Part shown: in pieces, positions 46,660 through 59,747 of the stretch
Position numbering within the stretch: the stretch's first letter is position 1
Layout of the letters: every line of letters starts with the position of its first letter
DNA from: Vicugna vicugna
Taxonomy: Eukaryota
Assembly: GCA_013265495.1 (NCBI GenBank)
Contig: MU057560.1
Location: 3,346,909-3,410,908, forward strand
Length of the DNA: 64,000 nucleotides
Reading direction: 5' to 3'
The notes under the pieces: model-generated
Seen by the model: only the letters and a program-made list of their open reading frames with translations
Database searches by the model: none
Told to the model about the DNA's origin: nothing
Position numbers and translations under genes: made by a program

Positions 46660-49030
46660 ATGAAAGGAAAACCAGAATCCAGTATCTCTTAAGAACATAG
46701 ATGCAAAAATCTTCAACAGATACTAGCAAATTGAATCCAACAATGTGTAAAAAGAATCAACCACCACAGCAAAGCGGGATCCGTCCCTGGCATTCCAGGC
46801 TGGTTCAACATTCAAAACCCGGTTGGTATAACTCACGGCAGCACAGGCTGTCGGGAACGCCACACAGTCGCACTAAATGACGCAGCAGACGAGCCTGAGA
46901 AAACTCAGCACTTGTCAGGATTCATGAGAAAAACGCTCAGCAAACTGGGCCTGGAGAGAAGGGCCCTCACTCGGCAGGGGACCCCACAAAACCTGCAACT
47001 CACGTCTCACTCAGCGGTGAGAACCCCAGTCAAGGTCCCAGCCAGCTGTTTTGTGGATGTTGAGAAACTGATTCTAAACTTCGTCTGAAGAGGAAAACCC
47101 AGACCAGCCAACACAGTATTGAAGGACAGAGTAACGCTGGAGAATGGACGACACCAACCTCGGGAGCACCGCAGGGCCCCCGGTGGCAACGGCGTTGGCA
47201 GGAGAATAGACACTCAGATCAACAGAACAGAGCAGAGAGCCCCAGAATGGACCCACGTGAATAAAGTGAGCTTCTTTTGACAAAGAAGGAAAGATCTTTT
47301 CATCATGAGATGCGGAACAATTGAATGTCCGCATGGGAATAAAAACTGAGTCTATACACAGACATTACACTTTTCACAAAAATTAACTCAAAACGGGTAA
47401 TGGATAGAAATGTGAGATGCAGTATTATAAACCTTTAAAAAGAAAACAGGAGAAACATTTTGCAGCTTTGGGTGGGTGATGGTTCTCATGCACGACACCA
47501 GAAATGCGAGGAGGTAAGAAGTGCGACCCGAGAAGAAATGCAGGAGCGACCAGAGACTCCAGCTCTCCTACGTGTGTGTGAACAGCCTCACTGAAGGGGG
47601 TGGAAAAGCCCGACCTCATCTCTTGGGAGGGCGTGGGGTCTCACGGCAAAGGAACGGCACATGAGCCCCGTGCGAGGCTATGCAGGTTGTGTCCCGGGGA
47701 AACCAAGCAATAACTCTGGCGCCAGGACACACACGCACTGGAAATGCACAACCAGGCTCACAGGTGGTGGGTGGTGGGTGGTGGGCACCCCTGCGGCAGT
47801 GGACGTCTATGGAGGAGCACGAGAGGGAGGCAGGGGGCCCACGTGGTGGTGGATTGGAGCTGGAGACGTCAGTGTGAACTCACGCTTAGTGTAATATAGA
47901 CGCAGAGAGTTACATACGGAAATATTTAGTGAAATGTGTCTCTACATGGGTTAGTGGACACATTTTTCTTGCTCTGCCAGTTGACAGGGTCTAAAAGAAA
48001 CAACAGCCCAGCTGCAACTCGCACACCCAGCACCAGACCTTGGTTTCTAAGACCGTTTCCCAGTGAGAGGAACCAGGGCTGCACGGAGAACCGGCTGATC
48101 CTAGGGCAGGCGCGAGAAGTGCCGAAGGTGAGCTTCCTTCCGTGCTGGAAAGTAAAGACGTGATCCAGAACATCCAAAGACAGCAGTCCATTGACAAGGT
48201 GGTGAGGGAGCAGGCCCAGCGGAAGGCTCCGTGGCCAAAGCTGGAGCAATTAGAGCAAGAAAATGAATGAATTAATGTTGGATTATAATCTGAAGCGTGA
48301 GCCCACACTGGAGTGAGCGACTGAATCAGCAGACACGGTGGTGCGGAGGACAGCGCCCCGATGCAGAAACCCCCAAATAAAGCACGTGGATGCTGCCGTC
48401 CCAGGAAGGGGAGGGAGTCCCGCCCCTCGTGTGAGGCCTGCACCTGCGACTTCCCTCCGAGTCCGGGTGGAGTGAGGCGGGGGCGTCCACGCGGGGAAGG
48501 CTGACGATGCTGCCGGAGGCAGGTGTGCGAGGCCAGCAGCAGCACCCTTGACGCCGCGAGATGGAGACAGCGCTTCGCCTCTGCAGCCTTCGTGCTGGGA
48601 ACCCACAAACTCATCCTTTTCACCAAAGAAGTCATAACACTTTCAATTATGGGTATCCCACAAACTGCCCGACCAGAATTCCTCGAAACTGCCAACGTCC
48701 GCAGAAAGCAGGAACCACGTCCAAGAGGAGACCAAGGGGCCATGACAACTGAGTGTCCTGGGTGGGGACCCTGGAGCAGAAAGGGACATCAGGTAAAAAC
48801 CAAGGGACCTGGAAGGAGCTGCGGGCGTTACTCAGTGATGCCGCGTCAGTGGGGGCTCCCGATTGTCACAAACGTGCTGATGGGACAGTTAATAACAGTG
48901 CTAACCACAGTGCGTCACGGAAGATGGTCACAACAGAGGAGCCTGTGTGCCGGGCCCGTGGGGACTCCCCGCACTAAATTTGCTACTTTACCACAAATCT
49001 GAAGCTGTTCTACAAACTGAGGTCTACTTT
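46660..49030 (+). mobile_element. L1MC-type element: RT remnant through the long 3' UTR
   Basis: About 46680 reads PVSLKNIDAKIFN..ILAN*IQQ..GWFNI, similar to L1 RT. ggccaaagctggagcaatt...ttggattataa and gggaccctggagcagaaagggacatcaggtaaaaacc match the L1MC 3' end as recalled. May be more than one insertion. Confidence 0.8.
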
Positions 49031-49049
49031 TTTAAAAGATGAAAAGATG

Positions 49050-49920
49050 ATATTGGCAATTCCTCAATTATATTCAGAGATGTGTTGGCACCTTTTTCTC
49101 AGTTGTTGACAGAATAAGAAGAGAAGCCTCCAGTGAGGACCCAGAAGACATGAGTAACACTGTTAACAAACTGGACTTAATTTTCACTTATAGACGCTCC
49201 ACTCAGCTGCAAAACACGTATTATTTTCAAGTACAAATGAACTTTCTTCAAGGTATATCATATACTGAGCAATTAGAGCTTCAGTAATTGTGAAGGATTG
49301 AAAACATACCGAGTAGATATTCTGATTGGAGTGGAATTAAATTAGAAGTTAATCACAGTCAGATCCCTAGGAATATCTGGGAACTTGAAACGTATGTCTA
49401 GATGAGCAAAGATTAAAGAGGAAGCGTGAAAAAAATTAGACATATTTGGAACATAGTGACTATAAACACCCAGCATATGAAAACATGTAGGACTCAGCCG
49501 AAGCAGTGCATGGAGGGAAGTGTGTAATAAAAGAGGAAAGGCTGAACGTTGGTTAGCTAAGCTTCTGCGCTAAGAAACCAAATGAAGAGCAAATTAAAGC
49601 CAGTGCAGTTGGAAAAAAATAGTAAAAAATAAGAGCAAGAAATTGGTGGAAATGAAAATAGAGAATGTTAACAATGTCGAAAGTTAGTTTTTTAAGTTTG
49701 ATGAAATTAATAATTCTTTAGCAACACTAATCAAGAGAAAAGAAAGAATACAAATTACGAGGATCAGGAGGAAAGGTGGGGCAGCACTACAGACCCTGCA
49801 CACGTTAAAGGGAAACGTGGGAGTAAATGACCCACGTTACAGGTGTGCGTTTGTCAGGGTCAATGGAATGAGCAAATTCCCTTAAAAATACAACTTACCG
49901 AAACTGATGTGAAGAGATGG
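49050..49920 (+). mobile_element. L1M ORF2 endonuclease-region remnant
   Basis: EDPEDMSNTVNKLDLIFTYR, similar to L1 KDIEDLNNTINQLDLIDIYR. Confidence 0.75.
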
Positions 49921-52354
49921 ACAACCTGAGAGCTTGCACGCACTAGAGCAGCCGAACACACGGTCGAGAGTCTTCCCAGAAAGAACACCTCGGGGCGCTC
50001 GGCCTCGGGAGGAGCTGTGTGGGCCACTCAGGACAGAGAGGTCGGGGCACGGGAGGGAAGGGCTGCCTCCCAGCTCTGTCCGTGAGACCCGGCTGGTGGG
50101 GGGAGGGTCCGCAGGGCGACGTAGGAGCCCTTTGTCTCGTGTTGGAGGGTGGGCGCTGCGGTGGCTCGCTGGGCAGGGCAGTCAGGGTCTCTGCGTTTCA
50201 CTTCATACGAAGTACATTTCAGTAAAAGTTGAGTGTTAAGAGTACATCTCACACTGACCTCCTTTTCATTTCTGCTTCCAGGGCCTGGAACAGAGCACCA
50301 CGTTTTGCTGGACTCTCGCTCGCCTCTGCCCTGCTTCCTTTCCTTGGACAACAGCTCCCAGGTATGGGTCAGGAGCTGCGTGCAGAGGCCAGTCCACAGC
50401 CTGCCGGGGGCGGGGCGGGTGCTGTGGCGGGGACACGCCAGGAACACGGTGAGCAGCCCTTTCCAGGCATGACCACCAGCACCTGGGCGCTGCGCTCGGG
50501 AGGCGCATCGACCCCCGACCCGCATCCGCGGAGTTCTTTCCCTGGGGGGCTCCTTTCTGATTGGATTACCCAGGTCCTCTCTGGGACAGAGTTCTGGGGT
50601 CTTTTCCTGGAAGCCTCCATATCTGCACTCATGGGCCAGAGAGGTATAGCCCCGCCGTGACTCCTGGTGGCCTGGACACGTCGATACCAGATTTCAGGCC
50701 CCGTGGGGACGAGAACACGCTTCACCGTCCACTGCTGCCCAGGGTCCAATGCAGCGGGGAGCGCACAGCGGTCCTTGATCTCCCAAATGAACCAGCAACT
50801 TGACTTCCTTCCAACTCCTGTGCCGCTCCACCGGCCGCATAGCGCTCTGTGCAGATGTGTGCAAACCTGGCTCGTTCTGCCTTCCCTTCGGATGTGGCTT
50901 TCTGGAGCCACCCACCTGCCCTGGGGCTCTGCCTGGGCCACAGCCTGTAACAGCTCTCTCTCCCCTCAGGACAAGTGGCACTGACTCAGTTCAGCTCCAT
51001 TTGTTACAAGAAATTTGATTTTGAATTTAAAAGAAAGTTTTAAAAAATGTCCCAGCACCCCCCTCCCCCCATGACTTGCCAAATATGTTAATTCTGGACC
51101 TTTCTGAAAGCTTTGTGTGGACTGTGTGATTAATGAGCTGTTGCTAGTAAATTGCAAGCATATTCACACCTCTAAGTCACATGATTTAACCTTTAACTTA
51201 TTGGCTGGTAAAAACTTAGAGGACGGAGAGTGTAATTTTGTGTGTCAGAGAGATACAGCTAACTTGAGAACGTGGAATTCTGACAGAGGAACTTCAGATT
51301 TCTCTTCACTGAACATTTGCATGGAAATGATAGCTCTTCACTCATGTCTCAGTTTTCTTAAGGGGAAAGTAAATGATCGTGTTCAGGCTCTCAACCAATC
51401 ATGTTTTTTCCAACTCAGGCCATTGGCCAAATCAGATAAATTAAGGCAGAAGCAGACGGACGCCAGCCGGCACCTGGAGGACCCGTGGCACACAGCCCCC
51501 AGGGGGTCACCCGCAAAGGTCCAGGCACGGCCGTCCCGCCCTCCCCGAAGTGGGGGCAGAGCTGGAGCCACGGCTCGCGGGGGAGTTTGGTGAGGAAGGA
51601 GGGCCCCAGCCCAGGTACTTACGGGTTTGTGCGATGCTGTCTTGAGTCCCTAATTGAAAACAGATTCAGGCTGGGGGCTCTGTTCCTCCTGCCTCCAGAA
51701 AAGCCCACACGTGCGTCGTGTTCACACGGGATGCCAGCAGCCCCCACCCTGCCCTCCGACTCGGGGCCGGCACTGGGCACACACTTCCCGAAATGCCCCC
51801 AGTCCAGCCTGCACTCCGGACAGAGCCTCCGTGGAAGTGTGAACCCTGGGGGTGGCCTCCTGCCAGAGACACCACCCCCACGCCGGTCGACCTCCTGGAG
51901 CGGACACCATCTCCACGGGCGCCGCCTGCTTCGACCCCAGATGTCTGATAGACCCTCCGCGTCAGTCTCGTTCCTGCTGCGCAGCCCTTCCCGCGACAAA
52001 AAAGTGAGACAAAACAAACGAAGCTGTTCTCAGGGACCCGCCTGCGGCCAGCACATTGTCCAGGCTGCCCGCGAGGAGACCCGCTCCTGTCGGGATAGCC
52101 CCGGCCCCCCGCCACCCTCGCCCGGCGGGTTCCTGATCCCCGGGCCACCTGCAGCCCCTCAAGGCACCAGAGTCCCCTGAATCCTGGGGCCTGGGGCTGC
52201 CTGCAGAGTCCTGAGACGCTCAGTCCCCTCTGGGCCTCGGGGACTCCCAGGAAAGCTCCCAGGTCCAGCCAGGGAGGTGCCCCGCCACCCACCAGGCTTT
52301 AGCAACACGCACAAGCTCTGATTGTTTCCGGACGTTCTTATCCGTCACCATCGC

Positions 52355-52380
52355 ACCTGAGACCTGAGACCTGAGACCTG
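52355..52380. repeat. (ACCTGAG)3.7 heptamer repeat
   Basis: Read directly. Confidence 0.9.
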
Positions 52381-53376
52381 GAGGGCTGCCCGCGCGCAGG
52401 TCCTCGTATTTGCAGAGCCCACCCAGACCAGGGTCCCCCCTTGGCACTCAAGAAATCTCTGTCGACTCCGGGTGGTTCCAGCCCTCCAGCCCCGCATTCA
52501 CCCTCCCTGCCAGCCTCGCAGTCTTCTCTGTGCCATCGAGAAGCTGTCTTGGATGATAGGGTCCAACTTTTCTAAACTGAATTTGTATTTTAACAAGAGA
52601 ATCTTTAGCAAAAATCATACACACATGAATCAAAAACAAAAAGCAACATGGCAGAATCTGCCGTCAAAACAACAGCGGCCGAGTCACTGGGAGGAGACGT
52701 TGCGGGATCGCACCCACTAACGAGGCCGGCCGTGTCTCAGAGCTGCTTTCTCAAAGGGGATGCCCGTCCCTAAAAACCGGAGAGGTGTTTACTCCAGGCA
52801 CAGACCTGCAGAAAGATAGAGATCTTTATTTTGCAAAAAAATCATGAGTAGGCTCCAAACTGATGTACCCTGAAAACCCCCTTAATTAAACCATCCGATC
52901 CATTGGATGGTTCTTGGTCCAATGCCAGGCCCACACGGGCGGGAGGCCTAACTGTCCTGAGGCTGAACTTGACCCGAAACGGCCAACGCAACACAGACAC
53001 AGAATCCTGGTTTTGGCTAAACGACTATGCTTTTCAACTGAATCTCAAGCTAAATCTGCCTGCAGAGGCGCCTGATGGGATCTGCACATGGTGTGGCCAA
53101 GTGCACGGGGGGCAGATTGTTCGGCACAAAAGCCAACAGTCGACTGAGGGTCGGCACCCTCTCTGCTTTGCTGAATCTCAGGAACAGATGAAAGAACTGG
53201 AAGGCTGAGCCCCTGTTCTGCCATGTCTGTGGGGGGATGCGGCGACGTGGGACACAGTGACAACCAGGGGCGGATAGTGTCCCCTGCCAGAGGGCCGGGT
53301 GGGAAACGCGGGGCACTGCCCCCAAGACCCTGTGGAAGACAAAGACGAGGCACCTGACCACACGTGAGCCCTGGCT

Positions 53377-53390
53377 CCTGCAGGTGGCAC
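53377..53390 (+). promoter_or_regulatory. CTCF-like motif
   Basis: cctgcaggtggcac, one mismatch to CCASYAGRKGGCRS. Confidence 0.3.
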
Positions 53391-55480
53391 TCATGTGACT
53401 CTGGGGCGCACACCCTCTGCCCAGTCACAGGCGGGGACCCTGCTCTTGCCCCAGCGGACGCCACATGCTGGGACCTGGAGCCACGCTTTCTGGCTCCAGC
53501 GACCCTCTCCCAGCACAGACCACCCCCTTTAACCACCCCCAAATGACTTGGTACCGTGCTGCCTGTGGAAAACAGACTTTGTAAACACCGGATTGTTTGC
53601 TTTGGTTACAGCTAAACGCAATTGCCAGGTTGCTCCCCTGTTGATGGAGAAGCCGTCTGACCAGGGCCAGCTGGGGTGTGTGCCTGGAGGCCGCATCTGC
53701 ACCAAACACGCCTCGGGCTCTGCCCTAGATGCGGACAAACCGGTGGCAGCAGCGACGTCCCAGGACACTTGACCGGGTTCCTCTGACACAGGAGCTGTCG
53801 GGGCTGTGTCACCCTCCCCCAGCTCAGGCGATCAGGGCCAAGGCACTCGGAGGTCTGTGGGGAAGGACCTTGCCTCTCTGCCGGCTGGTGCCAAGCTCAG
53901 GTGGGGCCAGAGTCGGAGCAGGGTCCCCCAGTGGAGCCAGAGGCCGCTGGGCTCCAGGACTGGCTGGTGGGACGGGGCGGAGTGGGCCGGCTGGTGGGCA
54001 TCACGTGGTTTGGCATAAGCTCGGGTTCTGGGGGGTGGGGGAGGCTGTAAGCTGATGTCATGGTGCTTGGTCCACGGCTGCCTTCAATTATGCTGATTTC
54101 ACCCACAAAATTATTCACAGCGTCTAAGCATCCACGTCTCCCCAGTCGTCTTCAGTCACAAGAACATGGTCTCGTGCCAGCCCCTGCTTTCCATTTCTAA
54201 AGGAATGAAAATACACTTGGCCTCCACTTACACAGGTCGCCCAGATGCAGCAAAAGGCTGTGAATCATGTAATTGCTCAGCATTTGGCAAATCGACGCTG
54301 AGAGCCTCAGAACGAGGGCTGGATGGGCAGCCTGCGGGGCGGGAGGGGCGACGAAAGTCATGGCGCTGGCATGTGGCCCCGACACAGTGTGGGGGTGTCT
54401 CCCGCTGCGATGTGCCCTCACCAGTCAAAGGTGAGAAGGCACAGGACTCAGAGCACCCCCTGGCGACTCTTGGTTTTAAGGTCGTTGAAAGGGGTGTTTG
54501 CAATTGTGCTTTTCTGCGTTAAGGGATGTGTGAATTGCAACAGAACCCAACGTAGAGGGTGAGGTGTGGGCACAGGGGAGAGCTGCTCCAGACGGAGCTT
54601 TCAGCCCAAAGGCTGGACTCCCCACGCAGCTAATTCCAATGGATACAGTTCTTTAGAGAAGCGCCTTCCCACGGCCTGTGCTTGGTGGCCGATGTGAAAT
54701 GTAAACACGTGTGTGTGTGTTTTCTCTTTTAGCATGAAGTTTCTGCTTTCATGTTTTTAAGGAGTATCTTTTTAATGTAATAGAACCTTTCGTTAAGTGG
54801 TCAGCACGCAAACCTCTGTGCTTCTGGAATTCGGAGCGTGTGTGATTCCTGCCACCTCCACCCGAGCTGGTCCCCGGGGGTGGGGCGCCACGGTCGAGGG
54901 CCCCGACCCGCAGCTGGCTTGTCTCCTCTTTCACCCGGGTCCTGAGCCGCCCTCCACCTAACACCTTCATGTATTTGTCAGCGGTTGTCTTTACCTGACT
55001 GTGACCCTCACTCTGCCCCTCAGGTTTGTTTTTTCATTTCAAAGCAAAGCAATCTAGTTCCTTCAACCGCCCCTGGAAGACAAGGTTCTGAGGACGGGCG
55101 TCATCCTGTTGTTTTATGCAGACGTGAAAACACGTTGCCCAAATTGGACAAAATGCCCCAGGTGTCATTTGCTCCCACAACGGCTGCCTGAGATCACGTG
55201 AGGTGTTCTCTGTCGGCTCAGGGTGAATAGACAGCGGCTCCCCGTGTCCCTGCCGTCCTCGGTTTGACTTCCGCACTGGCTGCTGGCCAGAACCTCCGTC
55301 TTCCCTGCGGCTGCATCTGCCCTGAGCCGCTGCTTCCTGTCCTCCTGGTCTATGGGATCTGCCATTGAAGGGCTTTCCCAGTCCGGGGAGACCCTGCCCA
55401 TCCGACACTCCCCCAGGTCAGGGGCCCTGAAAGGCAGGTGTGGTGGCCCCTTGGAGAGGGGCCCAGAACCCGCCTTGTGT

Positions 55481-55501
55481 CCAAGGTCAAGGTCAAGGTC
55501 G
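55481..55501 (+). promoter_or_regulatory. (CAAGGT)3 repeat forming overlapping NR5A/ERR half-sites and DR0 elements
   Basis: ccaaggtcaaggtcaaggtcg contains CCAAGGTCA, TCAAGGTCA and AGGTCAAGGTCA. Confidence 0.35.
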
Positions 55502-56439
55502 TAGTCTTTTGCATTGATCTTCTTCTCACATGAAGTCTCAACAACCAACAGAAAAATGCTGTGAACAAACCCCACCGGCAGAACCTTGCAGATTTCTTCT
55601 TAAAACGTCACAGTCCCCAAAGATCCCTGCAAAACCTGAGCAGAGGCCTTGACTGCGTGCCGCTCCCAGACCCCCGCAGACCTCCCGCCGAGAGCGGCCA
55701 CCGCCCTGGCCAGAGTCTCCTTCGACCTGGGACGCCCCGCCCCTTCAGCACAGGCTGCTGTTCCCGGACCGCTCGTCACCGCCCGGCGTCCCTCTGTGCA
55801 TGGAAACCACGGCACTTCTGAGCCGGGCTCCTGGCCGTGCGTCTGCCCCGCCGCCACGCCCTTGCCCCCGTAGTGCTCGCCGTATTTGTCAGTAAGTGTC
55901 GCTGAAGCCTGCCCCACCCCAAAGCCCCCACAAACTTGGTGATACAAGAAAACTGAGGCAGAAAAAGGCTCAGAGTTTATCTGAGCAAAGCTGGTTGGGC
56001 AGCTCCAAGCCACAGTGTGTCTGGCCATGGGGGTCGGGCTGTGCGACCGGCTGTGTGTGCACAGACCGGGTGTGGCAGCTGTGCCCAGGCTCGCTGGGCT
56101 TCCGTGGGTCCCAGTGCTGGAGCCGCCTCAGCCCAGGGGCCTGGGGCGGCTAGCACCCACGCCGCTGGGGCACACAGTGGGGCCGCGTCGTCAGCGGGAT
56201 GGCGAGCTCACTCCAGTCATTGCCAAAGAGGTTTCTGCGCAATTCCGTAAGATTAGGACCCTCAGCAGCGTCTCACCCCGGCCCCGCGCTCCTGGTGAGT
56301 GAGAAGCCAGCCGGGCTGCGCTGAGCCTGGTCTCCGCCACGTCCAGCAGCACGACGGAGGCTCGGGGTGGGCGCGAGCTCGGCAGATAAACTGATTTTTT
56401 ACTTCTTAGTTTAGAGGCTTGTTTTCTAAAAAGCAGTCC

Positions 56440-56598
56440 GGGGGGTAGGGTAGAGCTCAGTGGCAGAGCACATGCTTAGCATGCCCGGGGCCCGGCTTCA
56501 GTCCCAGCACCTCCATTAAACCAACCAACAAACAAATTTGACTACCCTTCCAAAAACAGCTAAAAAACAAAAACTGAAAAAGAGAGAGAGAGAAATAA
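56440..56598 (+). mobile_element. Full-length tRNA-derived SINE (camelid-type) with a 13-bp target-site duplication
   Basis: Head gggggtagggtagagctcagtggcagagc, A-rich tail, and perfect TSD taaaaagcagtcc at 56427-56439 and 56599-56611, resembling the L1 endonuclease T/AAAA site. Confidence 0.92.
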
Positions 56599-58296
56599 TA
56601 AAAAGCAGTCCACACAATATAGTTAACGTGAGGGAAGCTTTTCAGGTCAAAAGACTGTAGCTCCGTGTGTCTGCACCTCTCTATCCCGGTGACGGTCTTT
56701 CCCGCTCCGGGGGCCTTGAACCCGCTGAGGCACCGCAGAAACGCTGCCCCGCGTCGCGCCGGGCGGGACTGGGAGCCGCCACCCCCGGCAGAGGGGTGCG
56801 CCTGCGACGTTGGGCACAGGAGCTCCTCCTGCTCCCAGATTTACAGGCTGCAGTTTCAGTTCTGAAGGTGTTTCATTTTCAGGAGCCACCTGTCTAAATA
56901 CTTCATTCTCTTCAAATACACTGAAGATGTGGCAGCTGGAGAAACGGGTGGTGTGGGGGGAGGCGCACGCACACGTGTCAGGAGGGGTCGTGCTTCCTGA
57001 AAGCTCTGAGGACTTGTGCGATGCTGGGTAAGAAGCTCAAAGCGACTGAGAGACTTTCCATGAGGATCTCGGAGAATCTCAAAGCAGCATTTCCTTTGTG
57101 TGACGCTAAGTAACGATGGAAGTGGTGAGTGGGGCACTTGGGATTTTAGCAGTTTTGTCCTGTACAAGCACGGAGCGTCCTGTGTGAGGAAACAGCTCCA
57201 ACGCGATGGCTTCGGTTCCACGTACCTCGTCTACGTGATTTGTGGGGTCTGTGTTCTGCAGCTCTTCAGAAAGAGCGCGTGGGCGTGTGAGGGGCAAGGA
57301 GGGGAGGGGGCTGCTCGTGTGCGGCTGCCGGGGGCTCTGTTTCCAGGAGCACCTCTTTCCACGCACAGAGACAGCGGCACAGTCTCCATAAGTCAGCTGG
57401 TTTGCTTGAGACAAAACTCTCGGTGTTTCCTGGAGAATAAAACCAGCAAACAGCCAGGCAGACTCACGGGAACACCCCACCTGCCAGCGAAGCCCGGAGT
57501 CAGGGCTCCCGGCTCAGAGCTCGTGGGACGAGCCCCAGACTCTGCGCAGAACCAGGCAGGGAGGAGCCCGCGGACGTGCTCGGTGCAGAGCCCGCGCCTC
57601 CTCTCAGGGACCTCCCCATCGGTGGCCCGCAGGGTCCTCCCGCCGTGAGCGCTAGCTGAACACACCAGCGGCGAGCTGGGAGGATTTATACAACATTCCA
57701 GAAAGAATGCCACCGCTCTTTTTCCCAAGAGTCGATATTTTTGAACGTATGTTGGCTTCTGTTAAAATCAGCTTTTGGACTCTTGTTTGCCAAAGGGAAG
57801 GAGCTTGAAAGGATTATTGAAACTGGGGGTGGGTGTGTGTCCAGAGCCCTGGAGGCTGGTGGAGGCTCCAGACAAGCTAAGAAGTCAGGTGAGGAAGATG
57901 GAGTTTGGACGACAGACATTTACGCAGACCAAGCACCTGCCGGGTGAGGACGGTGGGCGGGCCCGCTCCTTGGAGAAGCCACCCCCTCCCTTCATCTCAG
58001 CGGTGGCTCCCAAGGCCGCGCTCTGGGCTGAGAGGATAAGCACCATCTGAGGAGAGAAGTGCAGAGCGAACTAGCGAGCATAATAAAATGTTCAATGTGA
58101 TTCAGTTATTCTCAAAAACTCCGTTTGGTTCAAATGTCTTAAAGTCTTGTGATGTCTAACACACAAGCGTTTTACTTACACTGCTGTGTTCTCCCGTCAT
58201 CTTTAGAGCAAGACGTAGAATTAATAAACAAGTAGAAACTACCTGACTCCCACCACTGACAAAACTGAGCCATCAAGACGCAGAGGAGGAGACGGG

Positions 58297-58372
58297 CACG
58301 CTGTGTCACGCTGTGTCAGACGGTGTCACACGGTGTCACACAGAGTTGCACAGGGGCACACAGCTGCACACA
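58297..58372. repeat. Degenerate 10-bp tandem repeat
   Basis: cacgctgtgt cacgctgtgt cagacggtgt cacacggtgt cacacagagt, then decaying. Confidence 0.75.
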
Positions 58373-59747
58373 CCACTGGCCTTAGTTTCAGGATGAAAGA
58401 ACTTGGACGTCCTCTGTGACTTGTTAGCAAAATGAGAAATTATTTAAAATGTAGAAAGGCTATTTGAAACTGTGATTCCATCTAAGAAATTAAATCTCTA
58501 AACCCGGCCATGATTTATCCGTCCCCTAAGGAGGCAGCAGCTCGTACCTCCGCGCGGTGAGAACCCTGGGGCTGGGCCGGCCCGGTGACACTAGAGCACA
58601 CGGCGCCTCTGTTCTCCCAGTGAGGACTGGACTCCTCCTGAGGCACCTGCAGGCTGTGCGTCTTGGCGTGACGCTGTTCGCCTCTTGTCGGAAGGCCCGC
58701 TGGGACGGTGCCCCTCCAGCTAGGGCCTTCGGGACGGGCGCAGCAATCATCTCTCTGGTTTCTCTGAGTTCAGTCCGATATCGCCTTAAATCATCAGAAA
58801 GAAAGTGACTTTGGACGGCATTACTCAGGCTGCCTGTAGAAATGCTGTCACAGAATTGCAGCTCAACGTGTGCTTCCAGATTGAGGGTCATTCACACCGA
58901 GGAGCAGCATCCGAAGGACGTCTGGACGCCTGCGGAGCAACTGCGGCAGAAGCTCTCCGCGCCCTGTGTGGGCAGAGGCGGATCACACCTTCCTCCCCGA
59001 GCTCAGAGCCAGGGCAGCTCAGAAAGGACACGCACCACCTGCCTCTCTCTGCTGCTCCCGATCTCGGCGTGTGTTTAACCCACACACGCCCACGCAGCCC
59101 CATCTCTCTGGGCTCGGCTGCGGCTCTGAGGGCTGGAGACCCAGGGGTAAAGACGTCCTTCCTTTGAGGAGCTCAGTGACGTGGGAGCGGAGCAGGGTCA
59201 GGAGACCATGATGCTTGAGTCCTCGACTAAAAGGCTCTGGGTGAGAAAACACTAAAAAAAAAAAAATCTTCTGATTTAAAAAAAAAAAAAAGCCAAGCTG
59301 TTTGACCAGACAGGGAGAGGGCAGAGACCCAGGCGAGCTCAGGGCACGGCAGCGGTGGGGCTGCAGGTGAGACAGCAGATGCGAGAGATGCTGTCAGTGA
59401 GCTCACACGCCAGGACCCGCCCGAGGAAGGTCAGGGGTCCTGGGGTGAACTTACATGGAGAAATGATCTGACCGCGTATGCGTTTAAAAAGATAATGGTG
59501 GCATCGGGGTTAGAAAGGAGGGAGACTGGCGGAGAGCATTCACCTGGGTGTTAGGGTGACCCAGACAGAGGAGAGCCAAGGCCTCAGACAGAAGATGCGG
59601 GAGGTCCCAGGGCAGCCACTTCTCCGTCACACCGGCCGTCTCTTCTGGATAAGAATCTCCATTCTCCACCACGGTTCCTTTAATTGTTGTTCTTCTTTGC
59701 ACTGTGTGTGTTCACGTCACACACATTTTAAATATAAGCCACCTCTG

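Noticed and set aside
48120-48272. Protein-like frame EGELPSVLESKDVIQNIQRQQSIDKVVREQAQRKAPWPKLEQLEQENE
   Set aside because: Its 3' half matches the L1MC 3' UTR (ggccaaagctggaacaatttgagcaac), so it is repeat-derived
59254-59291. Paired A13 and A14 tracts as the tail of a processed retrocopy
   Set aside because: No upstream AATAAA, no TSD found and no recognisable parent mRNA
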